DNA of 64,000 nucleotides from an uncultured cyanobacterium (GCA_963710605.1 CAVQBA010000004.1:800001-864000); one strand, 5' to 3'; shown: positions 22,919 through 33,741, counted from the first letter of the stretch. The notes: generated by a model from the sequence alone, not told the origin. Made by a program: numbers and translations.

Positions 22919-23770
22919 TTAAGGCATACACAAACCTAAATTAGGAGAAGTAACATAACCGCTACTAGGTTGTTCAATTGGTACCCAACCGTTGTAACCT
23001 TCATTTGCAATCATTACTTGTTGCCCTTTTTCTAATTGTCCGATAACCTCACCTTTAGGCTCTTTTCTAACTAAAACGTTTGGTGACAATATTTCACGGC
23101 AATTACTCCCTGGTACAGTAGAGATAACTTCTTTATAAGAAGAGCTGTTTTCAATATCGCATTCAGTCAAGCCTACTGATCTAATAAAACCACTAATCGG
23201 AGTTTCAATCGGTACCCAGCCACTGAATCCTTCATTAGCTATCATCACTTGTTGCCCTTTGGTTAATTCTCCAACAACAGTTTGCATTGGTCTTGTCATA
23301 ACTTGTAATCCATCACTGACTACCTGACGGCAATTACTACCTGGTACAGTAGAAATCTCTTCACCACCTTCATTTAAAGAGACAGAAGATTTATCGGTAA
23401 CGACTTGCGTCTCGCAATCAGTTAGATATTTGGATTCAATATAAGCACTTGCAGGTGATTCGATCGGTACCCAACCATCATTACCTTCATTCGCAATAAT
23501 TACTTGCTCATCTTTACTAATACTACCAATTACTTTTCCCCCTGTTGGATCGCTTACTAGGGTTACATCATCGGCATTCACTTGACGACAGTTGCTTCCT
23601 TCTACTGTATTTATACTTTCTCCTTGTTGTTGAGCAGTATTGGTTTGAGCTCGTAATTGGACTGGTGAAGCTTTTACTTCATTATTGAATGAAAATGTAG
23701 CTATTGTTGAGAATAAAATAGTACTTAAACCAATCGTACTCATTAACTTAGTTTTATCATAATTATTCAT
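22919..23770 (-). CDS. Exported protein with three Cys-bracketed SH3b-like repeats
   Basis: Signal peptide; three SNCR..ANEG..GWVPIE.P..C repeats; paralog of 22104-22514. Confidence 0.82.
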   Translation of the reverse strand: MNNYDKTKLMSTIGLSTILFSTIATFSFNNEVKASPVQLRAQTNTAQQQGESINTVEGSNCRQVNADDVTLVSDPTGGKVIGSISKDEQVIIANEGNDGWVPIESPASAYIESKYLTDCETQVVTDKSSVSLNEGGEEISTVPGSNCRQVVSDGLQVMTRPMQTVVGELTKGQQVMIANEGFSGWVPIETPISGFIRSVGLTECDIENSSSYKEVISTVPGSNCREILSPNVLVRKEPKGEVIGQLEKGQQVMIANEGYNGWVPIEQPSSGYVTSPNLGLCMP

Positions 23771-23921
23771 ATTAATTACCTCTGTTTGAAAGAATATTTT
23801 TTAAATATATATAACAATTAAAAAGAAACGAAAGCTAGTTTTTAGTTGTAATTTATCTAACTTTATCTTCATTTTATATTCGTTACAACTACTATTGTAA
23901 TTAATCAGAGTCAGAAAACTG

Positions 23922-23937
23922 TCTCTCAAAAGTTATA
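23922..23937 (-). promoter_or_regulatory. Unassigned 16-bp motif 22 bp from a TACAAT -10 box
   Basis: TCTCTCAAAAGTTATA; -10 at 23894-23899 on minus strand. Confidence 0.45.
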
Positions 23938-24229
23938 CATATAGAATATAAAGTCAAATATTATTGACAAAAGAATTATCTAATTATTAAATTGTATTTT
24001 TACTTTTTTAGATTTCATCTAACTTTAAAAATACTAAAATTAATCAAAAGCAATCTAGTTTATTTTTAATCTTGTAAAACTAGATTTGTCAATAAAATTT
24101 AAAAAAGGATATTAATATTTGGCAATTTACTTAGTTTTGAATATACTCACTTAGCTCAAGACATGATTAAAGTGAACTACTAACACTGAATTAAAAATTA
24201 GTTGCGATTAATTAATTAATATTTTTATA

Positions 24230-24330
24230 TCTATCTTTGGATATAAATTTAAAGTTAAGTACCTCTATCTAATGGTTCAAAGCTAATCTATCTTTAGGTC
24301 ATGTTGCAAATCTTTAGGATTGCTTAATGT
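24230..24330 (+). promoter_or_regulatory. Three copies of the unassigned 16-bp motif plus TAATGT -10 box
   Basis: TCTATCT-led copies at 24230, 24264, 24287; the last is 22 bp before TAATGT at 24325. Confidence 0.55.
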
Positions 24331-24370
24331 ATGAAGTGTTGACAAATAATTAGTTTAAAGAATAAACATT

Positions 24371-24796
24371 ATGAACATTAATTCAATTTACAAAAAATTA
24401 ACAATAGCTTTAAGTATATTTTGTGGTGTTACCTTAATTTGGATTGGGGTAATTACTGATACTTCTTCTGCACAAGTACAAGCTTATAATAGTTTTGATT
24501 CTCAATCAACGGTATTGTTGGCAATGGATTCAGATGATATGATGAATCCAATAGAACAAGTTTTTGGTGATGGTACAACTGATAAAATTGAAGGTAAAGT
24601 ACAAAAAGACATTGGTGCAACACAAAGAACATTTGGTAACACTCCCGCAACAGTTCAAGGTACTGTAAAACAAGCAAAAGGTAATGCTAAACAGGGTATT
24701 GGCGAAGTTAAAAATAGATTAGATGACGCAGGTGATAGCGTAGAAGATGCAGGTGAAAACTTGTTTGACGCTGCTAAAAACCTATTCAGCAACTAA
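24371..24796 (+). CDS. CsbD-like general stress protein with N-terminal signal/TM segment
   Basis: DKIEGKVQKDIG..QGTVKQAKG.AKQGIG CsbD-like repeat. Confidence 0.7.
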   Translation: MNINSIYKKLTIALSIFCGVTLIWIGVITDTSSAQVQAYNSFDSQSTVLLAMDSDDMMNPIEQVFGDGTTDKIEGKVQKDIGATQRTFGNTPATVQGTVKQAKGNAKQGIGEVKNRLDDAGDSVEDAGENLFDAAKNLFSN

Positions 24797-25091
24797 TTTT
24801 TTTTAGTCAGGACGAAATTTATAACGGATTATTAAATTAATTAATCTCAGCTTAAATCATTACCTAAATAAATAGTTAAATTATGTTTTCCAAATTTGTA
24901 TTTGGAAAATTAAGAATAATTGATAGTGCTGATACACTTATAAGATCTTAATTTAGATTAATGATAGACTTAATTAATTTGATTATTTTAATTTAATTTC
25001 CGTTTCTAAAAATAAGTAGATTATTACTGATTTATTGTTAGTTATTAACTATTTATTATCCTTCTAAAGGAATAGAAAAAATAAGTTGGAT

Positions 25092-25135
25092 TATATCTTA
25101 AGAATGATCAATACACAAGTTATTATTGATATTCT
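25092..25135 (+). promoter_or_regulatory. Unassigned 16-bp motif plus TATTCT -10 box
   Basis: TATATCTTAAGAATGA (25092-25107), 22-bp gap, TATTCT at 25130; second copy at 25059. Confidence 0.5.
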
Positions 25136-25248
25136 GGTAGATAGTTAAATTAAAGCAAAACGATTGCAGAAGATTAACACCCTCTCAACGTCTGTTTAAT
25201 TTATCACTCTTTAAAAAATATAGTTAATATTAATTGAGGTTAATTTTT

Positions 25249-25410
25249 ATGGATATTCTACGTCTTATTTGTGCGATCGTTCTTCCCCCTGTAGGTGTTT
25301 TTCTTCAGGTTGGTTTTACCAAACAGTTTTTCCTTAATATTCTTCTCACCGTTTTAGGTTACATTCCTGGTATCATCCACGCCGTTTACATCATTCTTAA
25401 AGTAAAATAG
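25249..25410 (+). CDS. YqaE/Pmp3 family small membrane protein (53 aa), absent from ORF track
   Basis: MDILRLICAIVLPPVGVFLQVGFTKQFFLNILLTVLGYIPGIIHAVYIILKVK; GAGG RBS upstream. Confidence 0.93.
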   Translation: MDILRLICAIVLPPVGVFLQVGFTKQFFLNILLTVLGYIPGIIHAVYIILKVK

Positions 25411-26157
25411 TCACAGACCACAGATTAAAAGTTATTAGAAATTATAGTCAGTTATTATTTACAAAAACTGTCATGTTGAAGTTAATAATTGACAATCGAA
25501 AATAAACGATGATAAATAGGTAGTTTTCTTAGCCTTAGTTTTATTTTTGAAAGTTTTTATAGTATCTTTATGTATAAGCAAAATAGCATCTTGTTGATAG
25601 TCTCATCATTAAAAACTAGTTGTTGCTTTGCTTTTTTTTGTCTAAAAATTACCCGATTAAATTAAATTAACGATTAAAAATAATGATTATCTCGATTATT
25701 CAAGCAATATTTTTTTGTTTATGTATTCATTTATTCTTCCGTGTCGATCGATAATTAATTAAAATTTGTTTAATCGTAATCAAAATCAATAATTAAATTC
25801 AATTTAACAGATCACGGTTTTTATTAATTAAACTTGAGCGTAATTATTTATGTTGGCTTCTCTTTCTCTACATTGACCAACTAAAAATATATTTGCGTAG
25901 TCATGTCATATTTATTAATAATTAGCAATTGCTATATACTTAAAATTGAAGTATCACAATCGAATAGAATCATTAAATAATACAATCACCGTGTTTTAAT
26001 TAGGTAAAAGATAAAGATAATTGCTAACTTTGAAGATACAAACTAGAGATATCTAATTCTAGTTGTTAAGTAAATAATTTTTATCATCTGATGTGTCAAG
26101 CACAGATTTATCAAGAAGTTTTTCAATTAGCTTCAACTAAAAAAGCTAAAAATAAAT

Positions 26158-28857
26158 ATGGATTTAATACTATGTCATCAAACAGCAGACTTCGATAGTT
26201 TTGCTGGTGCAGTTGGTTTAAGTAAACTTCATCACGGAGCGAAAATTGTTCTTACAGGCGGTGCGCATCCTTCAGTTAAAAGTTTCATCGCTCTTCATCG
26301 AGATGTATTTCCTTTAACAGAATATCGTACCATTGATGAGAAGTTGATTCGTAATTTATTTATTGTTGATAGTCATAAAAGCGATCGTCTTGGTAATGCT
26401 AAAAAATGGTTAAAACTACCACAAATAGAATCAATTACAATTTACGATCATCATCAAGATATTGATAGTGATATTGAAGCTACTTATAAGTATATCGAAC
26501 AAGTTGGTTCTAGTTGCACCATTATTTGTGAATTATTACAAAAAGCATCTATTAGCTTAAATTCAATCGAAGCGACAGTGATGGCATTAGGTATTCACGC
26601 CGATACAGGCTCACTTACTTTCGAGCAAACTACTCCTCGTGATGCTACTGCTTTGGCTTGGTTAATGAGTTTGGGAGTTAATCTACGTTTTATTCAAGAG
26701 TATATTGAACCTAGTTTAGCCCCTAAATTACAAAAAATATTACCACAAATTTTAGACAAAATACAGACTGAGAAAATACATAGCTTTAACCTCAATTGGG
26801 TTTTACTTGAAACCGAAGAATTTATCGGCGGGTTATCTAGTTTAGTTGGTAGAATTAAAGACTTAATTGAAACTGATGTTTTATTACTCGCTCATTATCA
26901 CGGTGTAAAAGAGAAAAAAAAATTAACCGTTATTGGACGTAGTCGGATAGAATCAGTTAACTTAGCCCAAATTTTTAGTCAATTTAAAGGAGGTGGGCAT
27001 AGTAGTGCCGCCGCTTTTACTTTACGTTGCCATAATCCACAAGAAATTATTAGCCAAATACTTAAGCAAATAATTGAATCTATTTCTCCACCGTTGATGG
27101 CTAGAGAAATAATGTCTTCTCCTGTACGCACTATTTTACCAACAACTACAATCGAAGAAACAGGAAGAATTTTGTTACGTTATAAACATTCTGGCTTGTT
27201 AGTTGTTAATCAACAAGGAGATTTATTAGGTATTATCTCTCGTCGTGATATAGATTTAGCCTTACATCACGGTTTTTCTCATGCACCAGTAAAAGGATAC
27301 ATGACTAAAAATATCGAGATAATTAGCCCAGATACTTTTTTACCTGAAATTGAAAATTTAATCATTGAAAAAGATATTGGCAGACTTCCTGTTATTGATG
27401 AAGGAAGACTATTAGGAATAGTCACTCGTACTGATATACTAAGACAAATTCATCAAACTCGCTCTCAAACTCAATCTAATCTGACTCACTCAACTGCGTT
27501 ACTTTCATGTTTATTACCTTCATTTGAGAAGTATTTACATCCTCCTATTTGGCAGTTGTTATTACAAGTTAGTAGTTATGCTCAAAATCAAGGATGGCAT
27601 CTTTATTTAGTAGGTGGTGGTGTCAGAGATTTGTTATTAACTCAAGAAGATGAGACTCTCAATCTACAAGATGTTGATTTGGTGGTGGATGGTTTTCATC
27701 AATCGACAACCACAGAAGCAGGTGTACAACTTGCTCAGACGTTACAAACGCTCTATCCACAGGCTCGTTTAAGTGTTCATGGAGAATTCCAAACGGCGGC
27801 TTTATTGTGGCATAATGACGCTGATTTAGGTTCGTTGTGGGTTGATATTGCCACTGCCCGTACTGAGTTTTATCCTTATCCGGCGGCGAATCCTGAAGTT
27901 GAATCAAGCTCAATTCGTCAAGATTTATATCGTCGTGATTTTACCATTAATGCTTTAGCTGTACGTTTAACTAATCCTCGTGGTGGTGAATTGTTGGATT
28001 ATTTTGGCGGTTGGAAGGATTTGCAGAATAGATTAATACGGGTATTACATCCTAATAGCTTTATTGAAGATCCTACCAGAATTTATCGGGCGGTGCGTTT
28101 TGCGGTGAGGTTAGATTTTCAAATTGAGTCACAAACTAGAGAATATATTCAATATGCGATCGAAAGTGGTATCTATGAAAAGGTATCATTAGAAAAAACT
28201 TCTATCCCGGCTTTGACTACTCGGTTAAAGGCTGAGTTTAAATATATTTTTCAGGCTCAATATTGGCGAACTGCTTTAAAATTATTAAGTGAGCTTTCTG
28301 CTTTACGTTGTTTACATCATAGTTGTCGGTTAACTCCTCAATTGTGGTGGGAAATTCGTTGTCTCGATCGATGGTGGCAATATTATCGTACCACTACGGA
28401 TAAAATTTCGATCGATTCTTGGTTATTACGTTTAGAAATTATTTTAGCTTCTTTTGATGAAGGGGTTAAGGTAGCTCAAAATATGAGTTTACCTCAAGAT
28501 AGTATTAAACGTTTGGAAACAATTTATCATGATTCAGAGTCGGTAAAAAATAAGCTAGTCACTTGCGATAGTATTAGTGAGCGAGTCAACTTTTTATCTC
28601 AATATCATACCTTGACTTTATTAATCATAGCCGTTAAAAATAATAGGCAAACTAGAAGGTGGATATGGCAATATATAATGCACTGGAGTAAAATAAAACC
28701 TATTTTGAATGGTAATGATTTACAAAAGTTAGGTTATAAGCCGGGTAAACAATATAAAGAAATGCTCACGCAAATACAGTGCTTATATTTGGATGGTATA
28801 ATTAGTAATCAAGCTCAAGCAAAGCATTATATTATATCTCACTACCCTGTAAAATAA
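26158..28857 (+). CDS. DHH-CBS tRNA nucleotidyltransferase (probably the A-adding enzyme)
   Basis: DFD, DHH, GGGH, two CBS domains, VGGGVRD, DLYRRDFTINA, EDPTRI. Confidence 0.9.
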   Translation: MDLILCHQTADFDSFAGAVGLSKLHHGAKIVLTGGAHPSVKSFIALHRDVFPLTEYRTIDEKLIRNLFIVDSHKSDRLGNAKKWLKLPQIESITIYDHHQDIDSDIEATYKYIEQVGSSCTIICELLQKASISLNSIEATVMALGIHADTGSLTFEQTTPRDATALAWLMSLGVNLRFIQEYIEPSLAPKLQKILPQILDKIQTEKIHSFNLNWVLLETEEFIGGLSSLVGRIKDLIETDVLLLAHYHGVKEKKKLTVIGRSRIESVNLAQIFSQFKGGGHSSAAAFTLRCHNPQEIISQILKQIIESISPPLMAREIMSSPVRTILPTTTIEETGRILLRYKHSGLLVVNQQGDLLGIISRRDIDLALHHGFSHAPVKGYMTKNIEIISPDTFLPEIENLIIEKDIGRLPVIDEGRLLGIVTRTDILRQIHQTRSQTQSNLTHSTALLSCLLPSFEKYLHPPIWQLLLQVSSYAQNQGWHLYLVGGGVRDLLLTQEDETLNLQDVDLVVDGFHQSTTTEAGVQLAQTLQTLYPQARLSVHGEFQTAALLWHNDADLGSLWVDIATARTEFYPYPAANPEVESSSIRQDLYRRDFTINALAVRLTNPRGGELLDYFGGWKDLQNRLIRVLHPNSFIEDPTRIYRAVRFAVRLDFQIESQTREYIQYAIESGIYEKVSLEKTSIPALTTRLKAEFKYIFQAQYWRTALKLLSELSALRCLHHSCRLTPQLWWEIRCLDRWWQYYRTTTDKISIDSWLLRLEIILASFDEGVKVAQNMSLPQDSIKRLETIYHDSESVKNKLVTCDSISERVNFLSQYHTLTLLIIAVKNNRQTRRWIWQYIMHWSKIKPILNGNDLQKLGYKPGKQYKEMLTQIQCLYLDGIISNQAQAKHYIISHYPVK

Positions 28858-29230
28858 AAAAGTTGTTATAACTCTTAATTTTAAGTACATTTATTGCCTT
28901 TGTGGGTTATTATTTGGCGTTATATAGCAAAAACTAATCTAAACTATAATTGTTCTATTAAATACAATTTGCTGAGTGAATATATTAGTTTAACTAGAAG
29001 GTGAAGAAGAGAAATTAATCTCCAACTGATCATCAAAAAGTTGACGAAAATAATTGCCAAAATAATTAAAAATAGTTTTGGTTACACGGATGCAAAATTA
29101 AGTAAAAATAGAAATTTACTAACTTAGAAAAAGTCACGATTATTTTTTTGTTTAGTATTAGTTTATTTTGCCGTTATTCTGAAAAAAGAAGTGTTATATC
29201 TTTTGTCTTGATTTTTTAATTAGTTTATTA

Positions 29231-29536
29231 GTGAGCCACAATATGAATAAAATATCGAATATTACTCCACAACCAGAATTTAATTATTTAGGTGCGAAAC
29301 TATCTAATCGTTCAGAAAATTTGGCTGTATCTACTAATAAAAAACAGGTAACGAAACTTCAATATAATAGTCGCCGAGAATCAAGACAAGTTCAGAAAAA
29401 GAAATCAAGGGCTATTTTTAAATATTTAATTTTTACAACGATCGTAATCTTCACTTTTGGTGGTTTGGGTTTCGGTTTGGCTTTACGTTACGGTAATAAT
29501 ATACAAGCTTCTTCTACTTCTAATATCAATCGTTAA
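29231..29536 (+). CDS. Hypothetical protein with one TM helix
   Basis: ORF with basic stretch then hydrophobic helix. Confidence 0.55.
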   Translation: MSHNMNKISNITPQPEFNYLGAKLSNRSENLAVSTNKKQVTKLQYNSRRESRQVQKKKSRAIFKYLIFTTIVIFTFGGLGFGLALRYGNNIQASSTSNINR

Positions 29537-29684
29537 AAGTAGTTGATTTGATGATAGTAATTAATTATCGTAGTCAATTGTCATTACCTAATAATAAGAT
29601 AAAAGTAATTTCTAAGATACTCAAGTAACGTTTTTAATTAGAAGTGTTTATCTCTCCATTATTTTGGTTATCGGATACTAAAGA

Positions 29685-29845
29685 TATAGCTAAATGAATT
29701 TATAACTGCACTTTTTGTCTTAGTGAAAGTTTCCTCTTTTCAAGGGGAGGAGTTGTCACCTGAAATGAATTCAGGTGCTTGTAAACTCCGTGAGATTTAG
29801 AGGGGTTGGCGAAAGTATAAGTAATCACAAATTCATTCGACTATA
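29685..29845. mobile_element. MITE-like element (TATAG-ended family)
   Basis: TATAGCTAAATGAATTT / AAATTCATTCGACTATA imperfect TIRs; internal CACCTGAA..TTCAGGTG hairpin and GATTTAGAGGGG core. Confidence 0.6.
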
Positions 29846-30002
29846 CTTGGCATATTTTAGTAATTCTTCTTGCCCAGATATGGCTATTGACGAATATTAA
29901 TTAAAGAACCTTGTTTATTATTAACACAATTGTCAAAATAAATATAAAACCCATCCTGTAATTAATTGACAAGGCACTTTAGATGTCGTTTAACAAATAA
30001 AA

Positions 30003-32630
30003 CTAAGGTAAACGCACGATAATAACAGTACTATCAAGCTTTTGAGCGATTTGCTCGGGTATATTGCCCGATATTGCTTGTTTTAACAAACCATCACGAG
30101 AAGCACCGATAATAACCAATTCTGAATGATGTTTTTGGGCAGTATGAACGATCGCACTGACGATAGAGTCTGAACAAACTGGTAAAAGATTGACCTCAGT
30201 ACGAACTAATTTACCTAATTTTTTAGCCGCTAAATGTAAATCCTTAACATCTAAATTGAGTTTATTTTCTTGCCGATAAACTTTTGTTAGCCATACAGAA
30301 GGTCTTTTTTCGGGTTGATAAACGTTGAAAAACGCAGGTAACAACTTCAAACCTTCTTGAATATTTGGTCCTCCTGAGAAGGGGATAACACAAGTACCCT
30401 CAGCTTCTGTATTATAAGGATAATATTGCTTATTTAGACCTAGCTTGACTAAAATTAATTCGCAAGGTGCTTTATTGATTAAACTATCAATTACATGAGA
30501 GAAAATAAACTCTTGAGAGCGAGATTTTGGCTTCCAACCCACAACTGCTAAATTGATATGATGACTTTTAATTAAATCTAATAATACATCAGTACGCTGG
30601 TGTGCCACAAATATTTTTGTATGGACTGATATTTTCGCCTTTCTACCCATCCTTTCTAAGGTGTGCATGGTATGTCGAGCAGAGCGAGTATCTACTGCTG
30701 TGGTATGAGTATCTTGATACTTAGGAATTTTAATAATACGAACAAATTCGATTTCATATTGATAATGAGAAGCGATCGCTTTAGCTATTTTAAATAAACT
30801 CTGAAAATCATCATCTTCGGCTACTGGTACTAAGATACGACCTTTTCCCGTAGCAGGAGAAGAAGTTTTATAAATTAAATAGGAAGAAATAGAAGCCACG
30901 GAAGTTTCTGCTTTTAATTCATTTACCTCCGCTCGAATAATATCAGTACGAGTGATAATGCCGACTAATCGATTATGACTCATCACAGGTAAACGAGATA
31001 ACTGATAACGATTAAGTAAATACATAACATCACTTAAATTAGCTTCCTCAGAAATAACGATCGGATTTTTAGTCATAATTTGACTAACTTCAATCAGTCT
31101 TTTATCTGTAGGAATTTTAGTTAAATCAGACTGAGTGACAATCCCTACCAAACGCCCTTTTTCCATTACAGGAAATCCACGATGATGAGAATTAGTCATC
31201 ATTTCTAACAAATCAGATGCAGATAGATGAGGGTTAGTTGTTTCTACTTTTGACTGCATCACATTTGACGCTTTTAGATGAGCCAGAAAAGAAGTATTCG
31301 ATTCTTGATTTTCCTCTAAATCAATACCCATATTTGAGAGTAAATATTGATATAAAGAGCCACTTTCTACTGTCTCGGCACTAATATAAGCCACCGCACA
31401 AGTAATCATTAAAGGCAAAACTAAATTAAAATTAGCATTTAACTCAAACACAATCATAATGGCAGTAATTGGCACTCTAACAATTCCTGTAAATAATGCA
31501 CCCATACCGACTAAGGCAAAAGTTGTGGTAGCATCTGTACCAGTAATCATTGCTTCTATGTCACCAACTAAATACCCTAAAGCCGAACCCATAATCAAGG
31601 CAGGTGCAAATAATCCTCCCGGTGCTCTTGTACCTGCGGCTAAAATACTTAAGATATAATGAGCAAATAAAACTAAGGCGGTTTCTTTTGTACTTAATTC
31701 TCCTCTAATTAAAAAATCTTTTAAACCGGCATTATCCCAGAAAAAAGAGGGTAGCGAAGCGATTACTAACCCTGAGATTAATCCTGCTAGTCCAATTCTG
31801 ACACCTAAGGGTAGATTAATTCTTTCGTTTAATTTAATACTCCACAAGACACTACGATTAAAAAAAGCACCTAATACTCCGGCGATGATTCCTAAAATTA
31901 AATAGAAAGGTATATCAGTGAGAATAAACTTTAACCCTTCTATATCGATAATTTGATTCGGTATTTGTAGATTCGTTGACTGCAATAATAAAGAAACAAC
32001 AGCCCCAGTAAAAGATGCTACGATCGCTGTTTCTAAAGTAAGATTAGATATATCTTGCATCAACTCTTCAATCATAAACATAATACCAGCAATCGGAGTA
32101 TTAAACCCTGCGGCTAATCCGGCGGCGGCACCTGCGGCTATCATCTGTCTTTTATGTTCAGGAGATGTGGGGACAAAACGAGTTAATTCCCCTGCAATAG
32201 CCGCCCCGATATGTACTGTGGGGGCTCTTCTACCTAAAGGTAATCCTGCTCCTAAAACCAAAATTGTGCCGATAATTTTGACAATAACTACCCGAAAAGA
32301 TAAAGGTATTTTTAAACGATTCAAAGCCGCTTTTACTTGTGGTATTCCTCCTCCTGCGGCACTTGGCTCAAAATACTCGACAAAAAAACCAGCAATCGTA
32401 CCTAAGACTAAGCCGAATAACGGTAAGACAATTCTGGCATCCCATTGATTAGTTAATTGTAAACGATAGCTTCCGAGAAAACTGATTCCTTCTTTAAGTA
32501 ATAATGCCGCTAAACCTGAAAAGATACCAATCAAACTAGCTTCAATTAAAGCATAACGAGTGGAAATGGAATTTCGGGCAAAATGTCTAGTTTTTAACCA
32601 ATTACGAAAACGACGAATGATGAATAACAA
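30003..32630 (-). CDS. ClC chloride channel/antiporter with CBS and USP-like domains
   Basis: GGGIP, GRRAP, GLFAP, CBS pair, C-terminal USP-like domains. Confidence 0.92.
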   Translation of the reverse strand: MLFIIRRFRNWLKTRHFARNSISTRYALIEASLIGIFSGLAALLLKEGISFLGSYRLQLTNQWDARIVLPLFGLVLGTIAGFFVEYFEPSAAGGGIPQVKAALNRLKIPLSFRVVIVKIIGTILVLGAGLPLGRRAPTVHIGAAIAGELTRFVPTSPEHKRQMIAAGAAAGLAAGFNTPIAGIMFMIEELMQDISNLTLETAIVASFTGAVVSLLLQSTNLQIPNQIIDIEGLKFILTDIPFYLILGIIAGVLGAFFNRSVLWSIKLNERINLPLGVRIGLAGLISGLVIASLPSFFWDNAGLKDFLIRGELSTKETALVLFAHYILSILAAGTRAPGGLFAPALIMGSALGYLVGDIEAMITGTDATTTFALVGMGALFTGIVRVPITAIMIVFELNANFNLVLPLMITCAVAYISAETVESGSLYQYLLSNMGIDLEENQESNTSFLAHLKASNVMQSKVETTNPHLSASDLLEMMTNSHHRGFPVMEKGRLVGIVTQSDLTKIPTDKRLIEVSQIMTKNPIVISEEANLSDVMYLLNRYQLSRLPVMSHNRLVGIITRTDIIRAEVNELKAETSVASISSYLIYKTSSPATGKGRILVPVAEDDDFQSLFKIAKAIASHYQYEIEFVRIIKIPKYQDTHTTAVDTRSARHTMHTLERMGRKAKISVHTKIFVAHQRTDVLLDLIKSHHINLAVVGWKPKSRSQEFIFSHVIDSLINKAPCELILVKLGLNKQYYPYNTEAEGTCVIPFSGGPNIQEGLKLLPAFFNVYQPEKRPSVWLTKVYRQENKLNLDVKDLHLAAKKLGKLVRTEVNLLPVCSDSIVSAIVHTAQKHHSELVIIGASRDGLLKQAISGNIPEQIAQKLDSTVIIVRLP

Positions 32631-32664
32631 TTGATAATTGATAATTGATAATTGACAATTGACA
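32627..32664. repeat. Heptamer tandem repeat ATTGATA/ATTGACA
   Basis: Direct reading. Confidence 0.85.
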
Positions 32665-32753
32665 ACGAGTAAATTATTGAGCTGAGAATCAAGAATTCAC
32701 AGTTTTTACATTTATTCTACATTCTATATTCTACATTCTAAGTTTACTCATTC

Positions 32754-33224
32754 TTACTTTGTTTCTCGGTGATGGGTAAACCACGATCGAATTAAACCAC
32801 GACAAGACTCTTCACAAATCCCGGCAAATACTTGCAAACTATGATTAGAAGCATTACTATCAGGTAGATTGAGTACTGTCCTAATCGCTCCTGTTTTGTA
32901 GTCATCCAGACCATAAATTAGAGTTTTTAATCTTGCTTGAATAATTGCACCTGCACACATCGGACAGGGTTCTAAAGTTACATATAAACTACATTTATTT
33001 AATTGCCAAGTAGCTAATTTTTGACTTGCTTTTTGAATTGCTAAAATTTCAGCGTGGGCGGTAGCGTCTTGATTTTGTTGTTTTTGATTGTAAGCAGTAG
33101 CAACCAAATTATTTTGCTCATCGATTATTACCGCACCGACAGGTATTTCTCCTTCTTTTCCTGCTTGTTGAGCTAAATCAATCGCTTTTTTCATCCAATA
33201 TTGATGACGTAACAACTCTTCCAT
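32754..33224 (-). CDS. tadA: tRNA adenosine(34) deaminase
   Basis: GEIPVGAV, HAE, TLEPCPMCAGA. Confidence 0.95.
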   Translation of the reverse strand: MEELLRHQYWMKKAIDLAQQAGKEGEIPVGAVIIDEQNNLVATAYNQKQQNQDATAHAEILAIQKASQKLATWQLNKCSLYVTLEPCPMCAGAIIQARLKTLIYGLDDYKTGAIRTVLNLPDSNASNHSLQVFAGICEESCRGLIRSWFTHHRETK

Positions 33225-33399
33225 TAATTATCAATTAAGTCGGTAAACAAAATTAATTGTATGTTAGTTTAATCTTTAGCTTGACGACTTTTGAAAACCG
33301 CACCTCCAATGTAATTAATATTGAAGCTCGATCGTTTTTTGTTAAAATAATATTTTGTAATTAAAGAAAAATCAATTAATGAAAAGGAGTGTTTAATTT

Positions 33400-33741
33400 T
33401 TGGCTAAACTATCTCCTCAAGTATTAACTGCCATTTTTAGTTTACAAAGACAGTTAATTGAACTTATTGCTGAAACAAAAGTAACTGAATTTAGTCTTTT
33501 TGAACGTTATGGTGAAACAGAAGAAACATTACCTGAATTGGAGCAAATTCAGAATTGTTTAGAAAGATTAAAAAACCCTTATTCTCGTCTTCATACCTTA
33601 ACCCTTAGAATTTATGAATATTATCTGGTAGCTCCTAGTGCTATTGTAGAATTATTAAATGAAACCATAGAACAAGCTCAAATCTCAGCTAATGTAGTGG
33701 CAGCAAGTCTATCTGAAACCAAAAGAAATTGGAGATTATGA
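33400..33741 (+). CDS. Hypothetical all-helical protein (113 aa)
   Basis: TTG start with AAGGAG RBS; overlaps next gene by ATGA. Confidence 0.8.
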   Translation: MAKLSPQVLTAIFSLQRQLIELIAETKVTEFSLFERYGETEETLPELEQIQNCLERLKNPYSRLHTLTLRIYEYYLVAPSAIVELLNETIEQAQISANVVAASLSETKRNWRL

